From a virus (taxonomy: Duplodnaviria; Heunggongvirae; Uroviricota; Caudoviricetes), in the IMG/VR virus record IMGVR_UViG_3300032167_005013: a DNA stretch of 64,000 nucleotides, one strand, 5' to 3'. The translations under genes were made by a program, and so were the position numbers. Under the pieces are notes generated by a model, which worked only from the letters and a program-made list of their open reading frames with translations, had not been told where the DNA came from and searched no databases. Below are positions 42,167 through 52,993 of this stretch, piece by piece; the first letter of the stretch is position 1; the number at the start of each line of letters is the position of its first letter.

Positions 42167-42700
42167 ATGGAGACAACAAAAAACACAATGGCAAAAATGC
42201 AGACCACCAAACTTGGCAAAGAGGTTTGGTTGCTTGGTAAGGATAATGATGATATGAATCTTTATCTTGTTAAGGCATCATGGGATTGTGGTTGGTATTG
42301 GGGCTTTGGATATGTGCAGTCATACAAGAGGGGTGACATTGAAACGCACACACACATTGATAGCAGTTTCATGGGGGTGCAGAAAGTGTGGGACATTGAC
42401 AAAAATAAGTTTGTTGAGACCGACTATATCCACAACATCTACAATGCACCTATGTTTGCTGAAACGACATTCTCAGAAGAAGAGGGTTGGCAGTTGACAG
42501 AATTGTTCAAGCAGTTCTACAAGTTTAAAGAGGTTGCAGGAATTCTCCATAGAGGTGGAGCGGGAATCACCACTCTGTGCGACTATCTCAAGATTGACTA
42601 TCCCGAAAGAGAGGCACGATACAAGGAAATCAATGAGGTTATCCTCCCGCAGATATTCGAGAAGATATATTCAATTCTTACCCCGGATAAAAATGAATAA
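42167..42700 (+). CDS. hypothetical phage protein (SWDCGWYWGFG motif)
   Basis: Box at 42118. Confidence 0.7.
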   Translation: METTKNTMAKMQTTKLGKEVWLLGKDNDDMNLYLVKASWDCGWYWGFGYVQSYKRGDIETHTHIDSSFMGVQKVWDIDKNKFVETDYIHNIYNAPMFAETTFSEEEGWQLTELFKQFYKFKEVAGILHRGGAGITTLCDYLKIDYPEREARYKEINEVILPQIFEKIYSILTPDKNE

Positions 42701-42784
42701 GGTACTCGAAAGAGTACCTTTCAGAAACGACTTTGGCATATTTATTGCATATATAACAACTGAATAACTAAAACAAACATCACT

Positions 42785-43723
42785 ATGGCAAGCAAAAACA
42801 CAAATCTTCATTCAGCAAAGAAAGCGAAAAATGATGAATTCTATACTCAACTTACTGACATTGAGAAAGAAATGAGACATTATAAGGATTTCTTTAGAGG
42901 AAAGGTTGTGTATTGCAACTGCGATGATGCAAGGGAATCCAATTTCTTCAAGTATTTCTCCCTTAACTTTGAACATCTTGGACTGAAGAAACTCATTACC
43001 ACAGGTTATAAGGAAAGTGGAAAGGGTGTTGTCCTTATCTATGAGGGAGACAAGAATGGCAATAGAATCGTTGAAGATTCAGAGATTATCGTAAGAGAAC
43101 TTGAGGGCAACGGAGACTTCCGTTCAGCAGAGTGTATCGAGTTCCTTAAAGAATCTGATGTTGTTGTTACAAATCCGCCATTCAGTCTATTCCGTGAGTA
43201 TGTTGCTCAACTTATGGAGTATGGAAAGAAATTCATTATTATAGGTAATGGCAATGCTGTAACCTATAAAGAGATTTTCCCTTATATCAAGAACAACGAA
43301 CTTTGGTTGGGGGCAAGTAAAGGTATTGGTGGTAAGTTTACATTTATTGTTCCCGAAAGTTATGAGGGTAAATTTGTTTCTGTTGAAAATGGTGTTAGGA
43401 TTGGACAAGTGAATAATGCTTGTTGGTTTACTAACATTCCCCATACAAAAAGAAATACTCCACTTGATTTGTATCGTAGGTACTCAAAAGAGGACTATCC
43501 TAAGTACGATAATTATAATGCGATTGATAGTACGACATCTGAAATTCCTATGGACTATGACGGAGTTATTGGTGTTCCAATCACATTCCTTGACAAATAT
43601 TGCCCTACTCAGTTTGAAATAATTGGGCTTGATAGATATGTTGAGGATAATCCTCGTTATGGACATCGTTTCCATATAAATGGGAAAGAAACTTATGCAA
43701 GAATTTTAATTCGCAGAAGATAA
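42785..43723 (+). CDS. adenine-specific DNA methyltransferase, EcoRI-methylase family
   Basis: KNDEFYT, VVYCNCDD, GDFRS.EC, VTNPPFSLFREY, GVPITFLDK. Confidence 0.9.
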   Translation: MASKNTNLHSAKKAKNDEFYTQLTDIEKEMRHYKDFFRGKVVYCNCDDARESNFFKYFSLNFEHLGLKKLITTGYKESGKGVVLIYEGDKNGNRIVEDSEIIVRELEGNGDFRSAECIEFLKESDVVVTNPPFSLFREYVAQLMEYGKKFIIIGNGNAVTYKEIFPYIKNNELWLGASKGIGGKFTFIVPESYEGKFVSVENGVRIGQVNNACWFTNIPHTKRNTPLDLYRRYSKEDYPKYDNYNAIDSTTSEIPMDYDGVIGVPITFLDKYCPTQFEIIGLDRYVEDNPRYGHRFHINGKETYARILIRRR

Positions 43724-43908
43724 TTTTTTCCTAATAAGAATTCTAAAATACGGACATTTTCCATTGATAGATAAATCCTTATCATCGTCTCCTTTACGAA
43801 ATTTGATTATTTCAAACTGAGTATATTAGACACTTAAGAATCTTTTAAGGTTTAATGGGTTTGGCATGGACTTTGCATCATGTTGTAATGTAACCAATCA
43901 ACATTGAT

Positions 43909-44211
43909 ATGAACAAACAAATCGAATACTATTCAGTTTGCAGTTGTGGGGCAATCACATTGTTTTTCACTGACGGCACATCAAATTCCTGCAAGAGAAA
44001 AAACCTTAAGAAGTTTGGAATAAGCCTTAAGGGTATAAAGAAACAAAAGGAGAATACTTGGTGTTGCAATCATTGCGTAAATCACTATGGCATAGATATA
44101 TGTTCATGTGGCAGTGGAGAGGAGTATGAGAAGTGTTGTGGTACTCCAATGGAAACACTTGGTGTTCAGTACGATGGTTTTAGTCAAATCCTTAAAAACT
44201 TTGCACGATGA
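43909..44211 (+). CDS. Cys-rich small protein (SEC-C-like)
   Basis: CNHC..CSCGSGEEYEKCC; box at 43862. Confidence 0.6.
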   Translation: MNKQIEYYSVCSCGAITLFFTDGTSNSCKRKNLKKFGISLKGIKKQKENTWCCNHCVNHYGIDICSCGSGEEYEKCCGTPMETLGVQYDGFSQILKNFAR

Positions 44212-44615
44212 TTAGTGATAAAATCGAAGTTATCAATACATTAAGAAACAGACTTGCAATCGCAGAAGATGGGTTGAAAGAAGAAATTTTTTCACTCATT
44301 GACAAGGTTGTTAAGATGCAGGTTATTGAGAGGGTTGGCAAGTTTATGTGCATTATGAAATTCAGCGAGATAAGTGGTAAGATATGGGCGGCTGAATACT
44401 ATATATGGGAGCATAATGCCGAAATGCTTAAAAAGAAATTAAAAGATAAGAGTGGCATTGAGTGCTATGACTACATAATGAATTTGCCAAAATCCAAAAC
44501 GAGGATGGGTAATTATGAAATCAAATACTATGTGTCGAATTGGCTTGGTAGGTACGAACTGAAATATCCTGTGAATAATGAATACATTGACAAACTTATT
44601 TCTGAACTGAAATAG
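44208..44615 (+). CDS. hypothetical protein
   Basis: 135-aa ORF coupled to the previous gene. Confidence 0.6.
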   Translation: MISDKIEVINTLRNRLAIAEDGLKEEIFSLIDKVVKMQVIERVGKFMCIMKFSEISGKIWAAEYYIWEHNAEMLKKKLKDKSGIECYDYIMNLPKSKTRMGNYEIKYYVSNWLGRYELKYPVNNEYIDKLISELK

Positions 44616-44668
44616 GTTTGGCACAGACTTTGCAGTAAGATAGAACTGAAACATAAAAGGAAATAACC

Positions 44669-45772
44669 ATGAAAATCGAACTAAAACAGATTCCTATTTC
44701 GGCAATCGCACTTGACTATAAGGACAACAACGATGATGGTGTTGTCGGCTATGGTGGAAACCTCAACATCCGTCCGCCTTATCAGAGAGAGTTTGTATAT
44801 AAGGACAAACAGAGGGATGCAGTCATTGACACGATTATGCGTGGATTCCCTCTCAATGTAATGTATTGGGCAAAGAACGAGGATGGGACATATGAAGTGC
44901 TTGACGGGCAACAGAGGACAATTTCATTCTGTCAGTATGTGAATGGAGATTTCTCAATTAACGAAAGGTATTTCGGTAATCTTACTGACTATGAGCAGGA
45001 GCAGATTATGAACTATAAGGTAATGGTTTATATCTGTGAGGGCAACGACAAGGAACGACTTGATTGGTTTAGGACAATCAATATCGCAGGGGAGAAACTG
45101 ACTGACCAAGAACTCCTTAACATCAATTACACGGGTGCTTGGTTATCACACGCAAAGCGACTTTTCTCTAAAACGGCTTGCAATGCTGAGAAGATTGGCA
45201 AGGACTATATCAAGGGAACTGCAATTAGGCAGGAAATTCTTGAACTTGCATTATCTTGGATTTCCGGTGGAAAGGATAATATCGCAGGATATATGGCTGA
45301 ACATCAGCACGATTCAAACGCCAACGAACTTTGGTTGCATTTCAGCAAGGTAATCGAATGGGTAAAATGCACATTCCCGATTTACCGAAAAGAAATGAAA
45401 GGTCTTGAATGGGGCAGGCTTTATGCTGAGTATGGCAATGAAAGTTATGACATTGAGGAAATGGAGAGGGAGATAAATCGGCTTATGGCAGATGAAGATG
45501 TTACCGCAAAGAAAGGTGTATATGAATATGTGCTATCAAGAGGAGAGAAAGAGAAATGTTTATCTGTAAGAGTATTTTCAGAAAAGGACAAGCGAACGGC
45601 TTATGAACAACAGAAAGGTGTTTGTCCAATTTGCGGAGAACATTTCGAGTTTGAAAATATGCAGGGCGACCACATTGTAGAATGGTCAGCAGGTGGAAGA
45701 ACGACATTAAGTAACTTGCAGATGGTTTGTCATGGTTGCCATAAGAAACTGACTAATAAGATTTATTCGTAG
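44669..45772 (+). CDS. DUF262 (ParB-like/GmrSD-N) plus HNH endonuclease
   Basis: RPPYQREFVY, LDGQQR, FRTIN..G; CPICG..GDHI..GGRT..NLQMVCHGCH. Confidence 0.88.
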   Translation: MKIELKQIPISAIALDYKDNNDDGVVGYGGNLNIRPPYQREFVYKDKQRDAVIDTIMRGFPLNVMYWAKNEDGTYEVLDGQQRTISFCQYVNGDFSINERYFGNLTDYEQEQIMNYKVMVYICEGNDKERLDWFRTINIAGEKLTDQELLNINYTGAWLSHAKRLFSKTACNAEKIGKDYIKGTAIRQEILELALSWISGGKDNIAGYMAEHQHDSNANELWLHFSKVIEWVKCTFPIYRKEMKGLEWGRLYAEYGNESYDIEEMEREINRLMADEDVTAKKGVYEYVLSRGEKEKCLSVRVFSEKDKRTAYEQQKGVCPICGEHFEFENMQGDHIVEWSAGGRTTLSNLQMVCHGCHKKLTNKIYS

Positions 45773-45880
45773 TTTGTCATGGTTGTTTTGGTTGGTGGGA
45801 GAAAGTTGTGAAATTTTCCCCCACTTTTATTTAATAATGGCATGGAGTTTGCAATATGAAAGATATAAACTTATAGGAAT

Positions 45881-46213
45881 ATGGACTTATACAAGTATAT
45901 GTTTGGAAGAGAATGTAGATTAAGGAGATTGGTGTCCGAAATTCTCCACATTGACTTTGATTTTGATAATTTGCCTTTCTTCAATTCCAAGACTAATGAA
46001 GTATATGCTGAATATCAATGTGAAGTTATTGAACTCATTGAAAAAATCCCATGTGAAGATGATTTTATTGATGAAGTGCTTTTCTTTGGGGACGGAACGA
46101 TTGAATTTCATCTTATGAACGAGCAGGATGCGTATTGTTGGGAGGACTTTTCTGATGAAATTATCGACCTCGTTAATGATGTTTTGGCACGGACTTTGCA
46201 TAAGGTAAAGTGA
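45881..46213 (+). CDS. hypothetical acidic protein
   Basis: Box at 45838. Confidence 0.6.
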   Translation: MDLYKYMFGRECRLRRLVSEILHIDFDFDNLPFFNSKTNEVYAEYQCEVIELIEKIPCEDDFIDEVLFFGDGTIEFHLMNEQDAYCWEDFSDEIIDLVNDVLARTLHKVK

Positions 46214-46233
46214 ATCAATTAAACAACACAACT

Positions 46234-46557
46234 ATGGTACAGACACTTAACACATCAATCGTAGCAATCAACAAGTTTTTCTTCTATGCAATGAACTATC
46301 CTTGCATTAGGATTGAATATCATTCCATTGACGGAACAAACAAATATGATTATCTGCCCGACTTTTTCAAGGCATTTGATTTCCACATGATTGTGCATCT
46401 CCGCAGCAAGTGGCTTAATGCTTGCGAAAGGACTGACTCCTATGGGTTTGTAATGAAATTCTATGGGGAGTTGGACGGTAGTAATAGGCAGAAAATGCTG
46501 AAATATATCATGGAGAATTATAATGACGAGCAGAAAATCCCTCTTATTGAGGGATAA
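46234..46557 (+). CDS. hypothetical protein
   Basis: Box at 46185. Confidence 0.6.
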   Translation: MVQTLNTSIVAINKFFFYAMNYPCIRIEYHSIDGTNKYDYLPDFFKAFDFHMIVHLRSKWLNACERTDSYGFVMKFYGELDGSNRQKMLKYIMENYNDEQKIPLIEG

Positions 46558-46620
46558 TTCTCTCGTTTTGGCATGGGATTTGCAATAAGAATAGATGTAA
46601 ACCAATTAAAACAAAGAAAT

Positions 46621-47100
46621 ATGAGAGAGTTTGAATATCACAATATCAATGAAATGGGTCATCCAAATATGTCTATGGATGGTAGACCGCATCCAAGATT
46701 TGGCCATGAGTTACTCCTTTTGGAAAGGACTAACAAAACCCTCATCGCTAATTTTCACAAGATTTGCCATTGGATTGAGGAGAATTGCCCAAACCTCAGT
46801 GGAGAATTTGGGTGTAGACATAATCCTTACTATAAAATTCATCTTATAATTGAAGATGGAAAAGCATACCTTTGTACAGGTAGCCATTCAGTAGGATATG
46901 AATTGTATCTTTCGTCCACTGAAACTGCGGTCTATTCACAAGGTAGTTGTCAAGGCAGGCCTTATGGATTTAAAAACACATTCTTTTATAGGAATGATAG
47001 GCTTGAAGAGTTTTTATCTCAGTGGAAGAGCATTAAAGAGAGAATAATTCTCGCCAATTCAAAACGAAAGGAAGTGTATGATAATAATTTTATTGCTTAG
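46621..47100 (+). CDS. hypothetical protein
   Basis: Box at 46569. Confidence 0.65.
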   Translation: MREFEYHNINEMGHPNMSMDGRPHPRFGHELLLLERTNKTLIANFHKICHWIEENCPNLSGEFGCRHNPYYKIHLIIEDGKAYLCTGSHSVGYELYLSSTETAVYSQGSCQGRPYGFKNTFFYRNDRLEEFLSQWKSIKERIILANSKRKEVYDNNFIA

Positions 47101-47181
47101 TATCGGTACTCAAACGAGTACCTATTTGGCACGGACTTTGCAGTATATGTAAGATGTGAAACCAATTAAACCAAATAAGAT

Positions 47182-47511
47182 ATGACAAAGACACTTGAAA
47201 ACCACGAACTTGAAACGATGTTGGAGGATTTTATGAGAGAAAATCCGATGGGAGACAGCCGTGACCTTGCAAAGTATTTTTACGAAAGGGGTTATGCTGA
47301 TGCAACGAAAGGGGATGATGGTGAGGAAGATGCAAGAGAGGTCTATGTGAAATGGGATGTTTCCGATAGTGGGTTTGAAACATATGTTAATGAGGGTGTG
47401 CCGCATAGGGTATGGGTGCCAACGAGCGTAGCAGAAGAAGATATTTCTGATTGGTTGTCCGATGAATACGGATATTGTGTGGAAAGTTGGTATTTTGTGG
47501 ATGAAGTCTAA
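47182..47511 (+). CDS. hypothetical acidic protein
   Basis: Box at 47127. Confidence 0.65.
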   Translation: MTKTLENHELETMLEDFMRENPMGDSRDLAKYFYERGYADATKGDDGEEDAREVYVKWDVSDSGFETYVNEGVPHRVWVPTSVAEEDISDWLSDEYGYCVESWYFVDEV

Positions 47512-47569
47512 CCACTTTGGCACGGAAGTTGCAGTATAGGAGAATTGTAAACAATTAAAAGTATCAGAT

Positions 47570-47899
47570 ATGAGACAGGTAGAATATGATGTAACATCAG
47601 CAATCAGAGGTAAACGAAATGTGGGGTGCAATAACACAAGCGTTGTGTTCAATGAAAAAGCAACTAAAGGATATGTTGTCCTGCACGGAAACCTTATTGC
47701 AACCATTGACTACACAAAGAAACGGGTAAAACTTTTCGATGGCGGTTTTCAGTCCAATGTAACGAAGTCAAGACTTAATTGTGTCCTTAATGCACTCAAC
47801 ATTAGAGGGTCAATAGTCACAAGGCAAAGAGTTTTCCGTTATGAGGAAAGAGAGGGCGTTTTTCAGCCTTTTAAAAGTGGAATGGTACTCTCGTTCTAA
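47570..47899 (+). CDS. hypothetical phage protein (LHGNLIA..TKSRLN motif)
   Basis: Box at 47518. Confidence 0.7.
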   Translation: MRQVEYDVTSAIRGKRNVGCNNTSVVFNEKATKGYVVLHGNLIATIDYTKKRVKLFDGGFQSNVTKSRLNCVLNALNIRGSIVTRQRVFRYEEREGVFQPFKSGMVLSF

Positions 47900-47954
47900 A
47901 TCAAGGAGAAAGTGTCTAAAATAGCCCGAAAACGGGCAAATATCGGGCGGTATG

Positions 47955-48042
47955 CAAGGGGCGAAGCGGGAAAGTTGATGAGACTAAGCCGTAGTGACTG
48001 AAGGGCCTACCACGAGGGTTCGAATCCCTCCCGCCTTGACCA
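47955..48042 (+). ncRNA. tRNA-like RNA with non-canonical body
   Basis: Perfect T-arm GAGGG-TTCGAAT-CCCTC, bulged acceptor-like stem and 3' ACCA; no clear anticodon arm. Confidence 0.5.
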
Positions 48043-48598
48043 ATGTTGCTTGTTTGATGTTGTTTTCATGTTTTGGTGTGGGATGTTGTGAAATATCCCA
48101 CATTTTTTCAATGTAAGTACTCAAATGAGTACATTATGGCATGATTATTGTTAATACTATGCTGAGGTTTGTGGTTTAAACATATAATATATGGAAAAGG
48201 AACAATACGAAAAGATTTTATCTGAACTGAAAGAATATGTCGATAGCGATATGTCATATCTTTCTGAAAAGACTGAATATGCAAGAGGATTCAAGAATGG
48301 CGTTAAAACCGTTAGGGATATCATTGATGGCATTATTAATAACAACACAAAATCAAACGAATAATAATTATGACTTGGACTGAGGGAACACTACAAATCA
48401 GTGATACGATTACCATTTATGGAGGATATTTGGGCATTATTTCTTTTAGTGTATTCATATTGTTAATGCTTGCTATTATTATATTCTTTAGTTTGGCAAT
48501 CGGAACATTATTATCAACCACATTAAAAGAAATGGAAGATTAGTTTGGCACGGACTTTGCAATAAGAGTAAGTATAAACCAATTAAACCAATACAGAT

Positions 48599-48916
48599 AT
48601 GAAAGCACTTGACATCATTGATGCTCTTACGAGAATGGGATGCACCGAGGGAACGGGACTTGTTGAAACTCCCGATAATCCGCATGAGTTTCCCGATTGG
48701 TTAATGACATGGTTTGGTGGGGATTGTGATGAAATTAAATATGATGAAACACTGAAACCATCTACCAAATATGTATATTCCTATGAAACGCATCTATGGT
48801 CTTTGAAAGGGACACACAAAGAGGATTGTAGGGTAGAAGTTAAGTGGGAGGTTGCAGAAGATAACAACAATTTTCATATCAGAGAAGAATCTATCTATCT
48901 TTATGAGGTAGAATAA
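48599..48916 (+). CDS. hypothetical protein
   Basis: Box at 48546. Confidence 0.65.
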   Translation: MKALDIIDALTRMGCTEGTGLVETPDNPHEFPDWLMTWFGGDCDEIKYDETLKPSTKYVYSYETHLWSLKGTHKEDCRVEVKWEVAEDNNNFHIREESIYLYEVE

Positions 48917-49160
48917 AGTATGGGGGAGTGGTATTCCCCCATACTTTCCACGGGGCAGTCTCCCGACGGGGGTTAAATGAGTCAGATGCCCGCAAACCAC
49001 GCAGTAAAGGAGTGGTAGCGATATTGAAAAGTAGCCTTTTCCCCAATCCCTATGGGTCAAGAGGGTATCTTTCGGGTGGTATTGAAAAACCCGTTATTTT
49101 TATTTCTTTTGGCATGGTCTTTGCAATAGACTGAATTGTAAACTTATAAAATCAAACGAT

Positions 49161-49640
49161 ATGAGTGCAATTAAAGCATTAAAAAATTTCCTTAACGATG
49201 TGGGTGTTGTTTATAACGATGGCACTGCAAGAGCATATACATTTTCCAAACCAATAAGAGCCTATGACCAAGAAGTTATTTCCATCTTTTATGAGGAGGA
49301 CAATGTGCTTAAGATGGGTAGTGAGGAAAATGGATTCTTGTTTCAATCAGTAGTTTATGAGTGCGATGCGTTCTACATCTTGAAACACATTCACGACCAC
49401 GATAAGGGTAATGCTGACCGACTTGGATATGCCATGCCAACACAGAGTTATGAGGAGTTCAAAGTTAGTGATTTTATTGAGGGGCTTGAAAATCTTCGTG
49501 ATGAAATTGATGAAATTATAGCAAAGGCTAATAATGGAGTTATTCTTGACAATGATGCGTGGAGAAACCCTGCAATGGCATTGAACATGATTATGAACGA
49601 TGTTAAGCATTATAATCGTTCACTTGAAAGTTTGGCATAG
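49161..49640 (+). CDS. hypothetical protein
   Basis: Box at 49110. Confidence 0.65.
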   Translation: MSAIKALKNFLNDVGVVYNDGTARAYTFSKPIRAYDQEVISIFYEEDNVLKMGSEENGFLFQSVVYECDAFYILKHIHDHDKGNADRLGYAMPTQSYEEFKVSDFIEGLENLRDEIDEIIAKANNGVILDNDAWRNPAMALNMIMNDVKHYNRSLESLA

Positions 49641-49680
49641 TCTTTGCAATAAGATAAGCATAACCAAAAACAATGGAGAT

Positions 49681-50157
49681 ATGATGAACATTGAAAATTA
49701 TTTAGCAGATGGGGCGAATTGGCAGGCAAGGGCAGTCCTCGCTTGTCTCCAAGCAAGGGTTTTTCAGTTCAATGATTTCTTTTGGTCATTGAATAGAAAA
49801 AGAAAAGAAAAGGATGAAACTCCAATATATTATAGAACTGCCATAGGCAGATATGAAAACTGCCGTGAGCAGGGATATGTGTTCACATTTCAAATTGGGG
49901 GTAATGCGAGACATTATGCAGTATATGAGCATAGAAATTCAGATTGTATTTGTGTGCTTATTGCCGATGGTCTTTATGGGGATACTCCAAATTTGGATTT
50001 CATGTGGAAACCAAAAGGAGAAAACGCATCCAAGTACGATTACGATAAAGATTTTTCTTGCGGGGAATTTTTGAAATGTGCTAATTTCATAATTGAAGAT
50101 GTGCTTGAATGGGCTGAAAAAGTAATAAACGAGACGGGGGACGGAATGATTTATTAA
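49681..50157 (+). CDS. hypothetical phage protein (ENCREQGY, EHRNSD motifs)
   Basis: Box at 49633. Confidence 0.7.
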   Translation: MMNIENYLADGANWQARAVLACLQARVFQFNDFFWSLNRKRKEKDETPIYYRTAIGRYENCREQGYVFTFQIGGNARHYAVYEHRNSDCICVLIADGLYGDTPNLDFMWKPKGENASKYDYDKDFSCGEFLKCANFIIEDVLEWAEKVINETGDGMIY

Positions 50158-50238
50158 AAATAGTTGTGTATCAAGACAACTTTGGTATAGTCTTTGCAAT
50201 AAAATAAGCATAACCGATTAAACCAATACAGACAAGAA

Positions 50239-50748
50239 ATGAAAAACAGAACTACAATAGCAGTTGGCTCATTTGAAGTCCATGATGGCATGATTGCGGT
50301 GGGAGACCCTTGTTATGCACACTTTCAGTCTTTTGAGCGATTCGGTGCTAAAAATGGAAAATATAATGCCTATGTGGTAATGTCCGATGAAGAAGAATGG
50401 GGAATGAGGGTTGCAAAACTCATTGCCATCCACGAAGATGACGATAATGGGGCTAACACTAAGGAGTGGGAACCTTGTGATTTCTATCTTGGTGTTGATA
50501 GTGGAACAATGGGCATATTTGACAATGAGTATCATTATGACCACCACTATAACGAAGTCCTTGATGATGATTGGTATGAGAGGGTAGTAATCGACATGGA
50601 GGGTAAGTTTGGAATCTATGACAACTCTTGCATTATTTCTGAAAGTGGATTTGGCGATGGCTCTTACGATGTGGATGTAATCTTTGACAATGATGATGGT
50701 GTAACAATCTGTGCCGTTGCAGTTATCTTTATCGAAGAAGATGAATAA
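50239..50748 (+). CDS. DUF4241-like protein
   Basis: VGDPCY, GVDSGTMGIFD, SGFGDGSY; box at 50183. Confidence 0.6.
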   Translation: MKNRTTIAVGSFEVHDGMIAVGDPCYAHFQSFERFGAKNGKYNAYVVMSDEEEWGMRVAKLIAIHEDDDNGANTKEWEPCDFYLGVDSGTMGIFDNEYHYDHHYNEVLDDDWYERVVIDMEGKFGIYDNSCIISESGFGDGSYDVDVIFDNDDGVTICAVAVIFIEEDE

Positions 50749-50810
50749 AGGTACTCAAAAGAGTACATTATGGCATACTATTTGCAGTAATATCAGTAAG
50801 AAACCAATAA

Positions 50811-51119
50811 ATGACATACAATACTATGGAAAAGAAAATGTTTGCACTTACTTATTGTTATGAGGGAGTGGATGATAATGTCCCTTATGCTTGTACCATC
50901 GCAGTATCAGAAGATATTGAAAAACTCCGTGCTGAAATGGAGAAATGTATTGAAGAAGATACAAGAGAGCCTAATGAGGAAGATGGAGAAGATGAATGGC
51001 AGGATGATATGAATTATCAAGTTTTTAGAAAATATGGCGATGATGTGGTGCTCCAACACAAAAAGAACATCAATCTTTACACACATTATAAAATTCATGA
51101 AGTTTCCGTCTTGGAATAA
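50811..51119 (+). CDS. hypothetical acidic protein
   Basis: Box at 50771. Confidence 0.6.
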   Translation: MTYNTMEKKMFALTYCYEGVDDNVPYACTIAVSEDIEKLRAEMEKCIEEDTREPNEEDGEDEWQDDMNYQVFRKYGDDVVLQHKKNINLYTHYKIHEVSVLE

Positions 51120-51178
51120 TAAGTTTGGCATGGTATTTGCAGTGTAGTTAAATTGTAAACCAATTAAAACAAGAAACT

Positions 51179-51439
51179 ATGTTGAGGATTAACGAGCCAC
51201 ACATGACAATCGGTGTTCAAGGTTGGGCAAAGGTTGATGGGAAGTGGAAGTGCATTGAGAAGTTTACTGAAAGGAAATTCGGTAACTATGGACTTACGGC
51301 TTTAAGGACAAAACTCATATTGAGAAATTCAAAGGTTGAGTTTACCAAGATATATTTGAAAACTCCAATCAGTGTCCCATTTTTGCAGTGGTATGACAAG
51401 AACGGAAAAGAAACAAAACATCCGCTTATGGATGATTAA
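51179..51439 (+). CDS. hypothetical basic protein
   Basis: Box at 51126. Confidence 0.6.
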   Translation: MLRINEPHMTIGVQGWAKVDGKWKCIEKFTERKFGNYGLTALRTKLILRNSKVEFTKIYLKTPISVPFLQWYDKNGKETKHPLMDD

Positions 51440-51922
51440 AAGTAATATTGTGATGTGGTAGGGAATTGCACCCTATACTCCAACTAATGCACGATATTAT
51501 TTATTATTGATAGTGAGTAGGAGTCCTATTTACCCCCTTTGGATATGTTGGATAAAGCCAATGCGGGCAATAGGCAAACAGCAAACCGAATTTGTTGATA
51601 AGAGACAGACTTTTGTTTATAGGGTTGTTGCCGAATTTAATTGACAAATCAAAAGGATGGGATATTTGATGGTCTGCCATGACAATTCATCATAGCACCA
51701 ATCTCCAAGTGGTTAGTCCACTACGGCTATGTACTTATAATCGTTTCGGGATTTTACGAGGTACACCGCTTGGCAGTCCATCACTTATTTTAGAAAGTTA
51801 TTCATCATTCTGTGTTTAATTGGTTGGGAGTGTAAGTTTTCTACGGATTTGCACTCCTTTTTTATTACTTTGGCATAGTAATTGCAATAACATAGAATAG
51901 AAATCAATTTAAAAACACAGAT

Positions 51923-52429
51923 ATGGCAAAAAAGAAAAGAACTGCATTCCAAGAGGAAACCATTAAGATGTTTCTCGAAAGTGCATCTTGGAATGATTAC
52001 CCAAAGGAGTATTATAAGAATGTGACCATTGAAAGATTTTGGACTGACTATATACCCGATGGAAGTACCACAATCTACACAACTCCCGACCATATTGACC
52101 ACGATGAATGTGGTAATTTTTATAAGTGGGGAACTACCGAAGAACTATGCGATGATTTCAACGCAGTTCGTGATATGCTTTGGCAGAGTGGTATTCTTGA
52201 AGAAGTCTATGATGAACATCAAGAACTTGATTATGACCAAACACCCACGCCGGAGGATTTCGTTTATGAATGTTGTCAGCATTGCGAACATGAAAACGAG
52301 TTCATAATGGAAATGAGGTATCAGCGATGCAAGAAGTGTGGCAGACTTATCAAGCCTTGTGCGGTTTGTGACCATGATAAGGTAAATTGTGAAAATTGCC
52401 CGCTTGGAAAAGACCTTAAAAACCAATAA
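51923..52429 (+). CDS. hypothetical protein with C-terminal zinc ribbon
   Basis: CQHC..CKKC..PCAVC..CENCP; box at 51871. Confidence 0.65.
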   Translation: MAKKKRTAFQEETIKMFLESASWNDYPKEYYKNVTIERFWTDYIPDGSTTIYTTPDHIDHDECGNFYKWGTTEELCDDFNAVRDMLWQSGILEEVYDEHQELDYDQTPTPEDFVYECCQHCEHENEFIMEMRYQRCKKCGRLIKPCAVCDHDKVNCENCPLGKDLKNQ

Positions 52430-52433
52430 AACT

Positions 52434-52772
52434 ATGAGTAAGAAAATTTACACACACTTGGGTTATTACTCCGACCTTAATGACATTCTTCGCCTTTGCG
52501 ATAAACTATCCGATTATATTGTTGAGGATATGCTGAAAGGTAATGGATGTTTCCATGAAACAGATGATTGCGAACTTGATGAGAATTCTCTCGCTTGTTA
52601 TTTCCCAACTTTTGTAAAAGTGAATGGTAAGGAGTATGCAGTCATAAAAGATATTGATTGGATACCCGAGGAACTTTTCAAACTTGATGCAGATAGTGAT
52701 GCCGATAACGATTGGTATGACCAAAACCCTGCATATATAGATGTCTATGAACTTAAAGAAATGGAGGACTAA
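52434..52772 (+). CDS. acidic protein, paralog of 52994-53320
   Basis: KIYTHLGYYSDL...YIDVY. Confidence 0.7.
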   Translation: MSKKIYTHLGYYSDLNDILRLCDKLSDYIVEDMLKGNGCFHETDDCELDENSLACYFPTFVKVNGKEYAVIKDIDWIPEELFKLDADSDADNDWYDQNPAYIDVYELKEMED

Positions 52773-52993
52773 ACTATGCCAAAATATAGAATTCCCGTTC
52801 GTAATGTTGAATATGGATTTATTGATGTAGTTGCAGACAATATTGAAGATGCAAAAGAAAAAGTAGATTGTTTTGACGGAGATTACTATGTAAACAAAAA
52901 TTTTGTTGATATAGTTGCTGAAATTGAAACACTTGAAGATTAGTTTGGTACGAACTTTGCAATATATAGGAATGTAAACAAATACAGAATACT

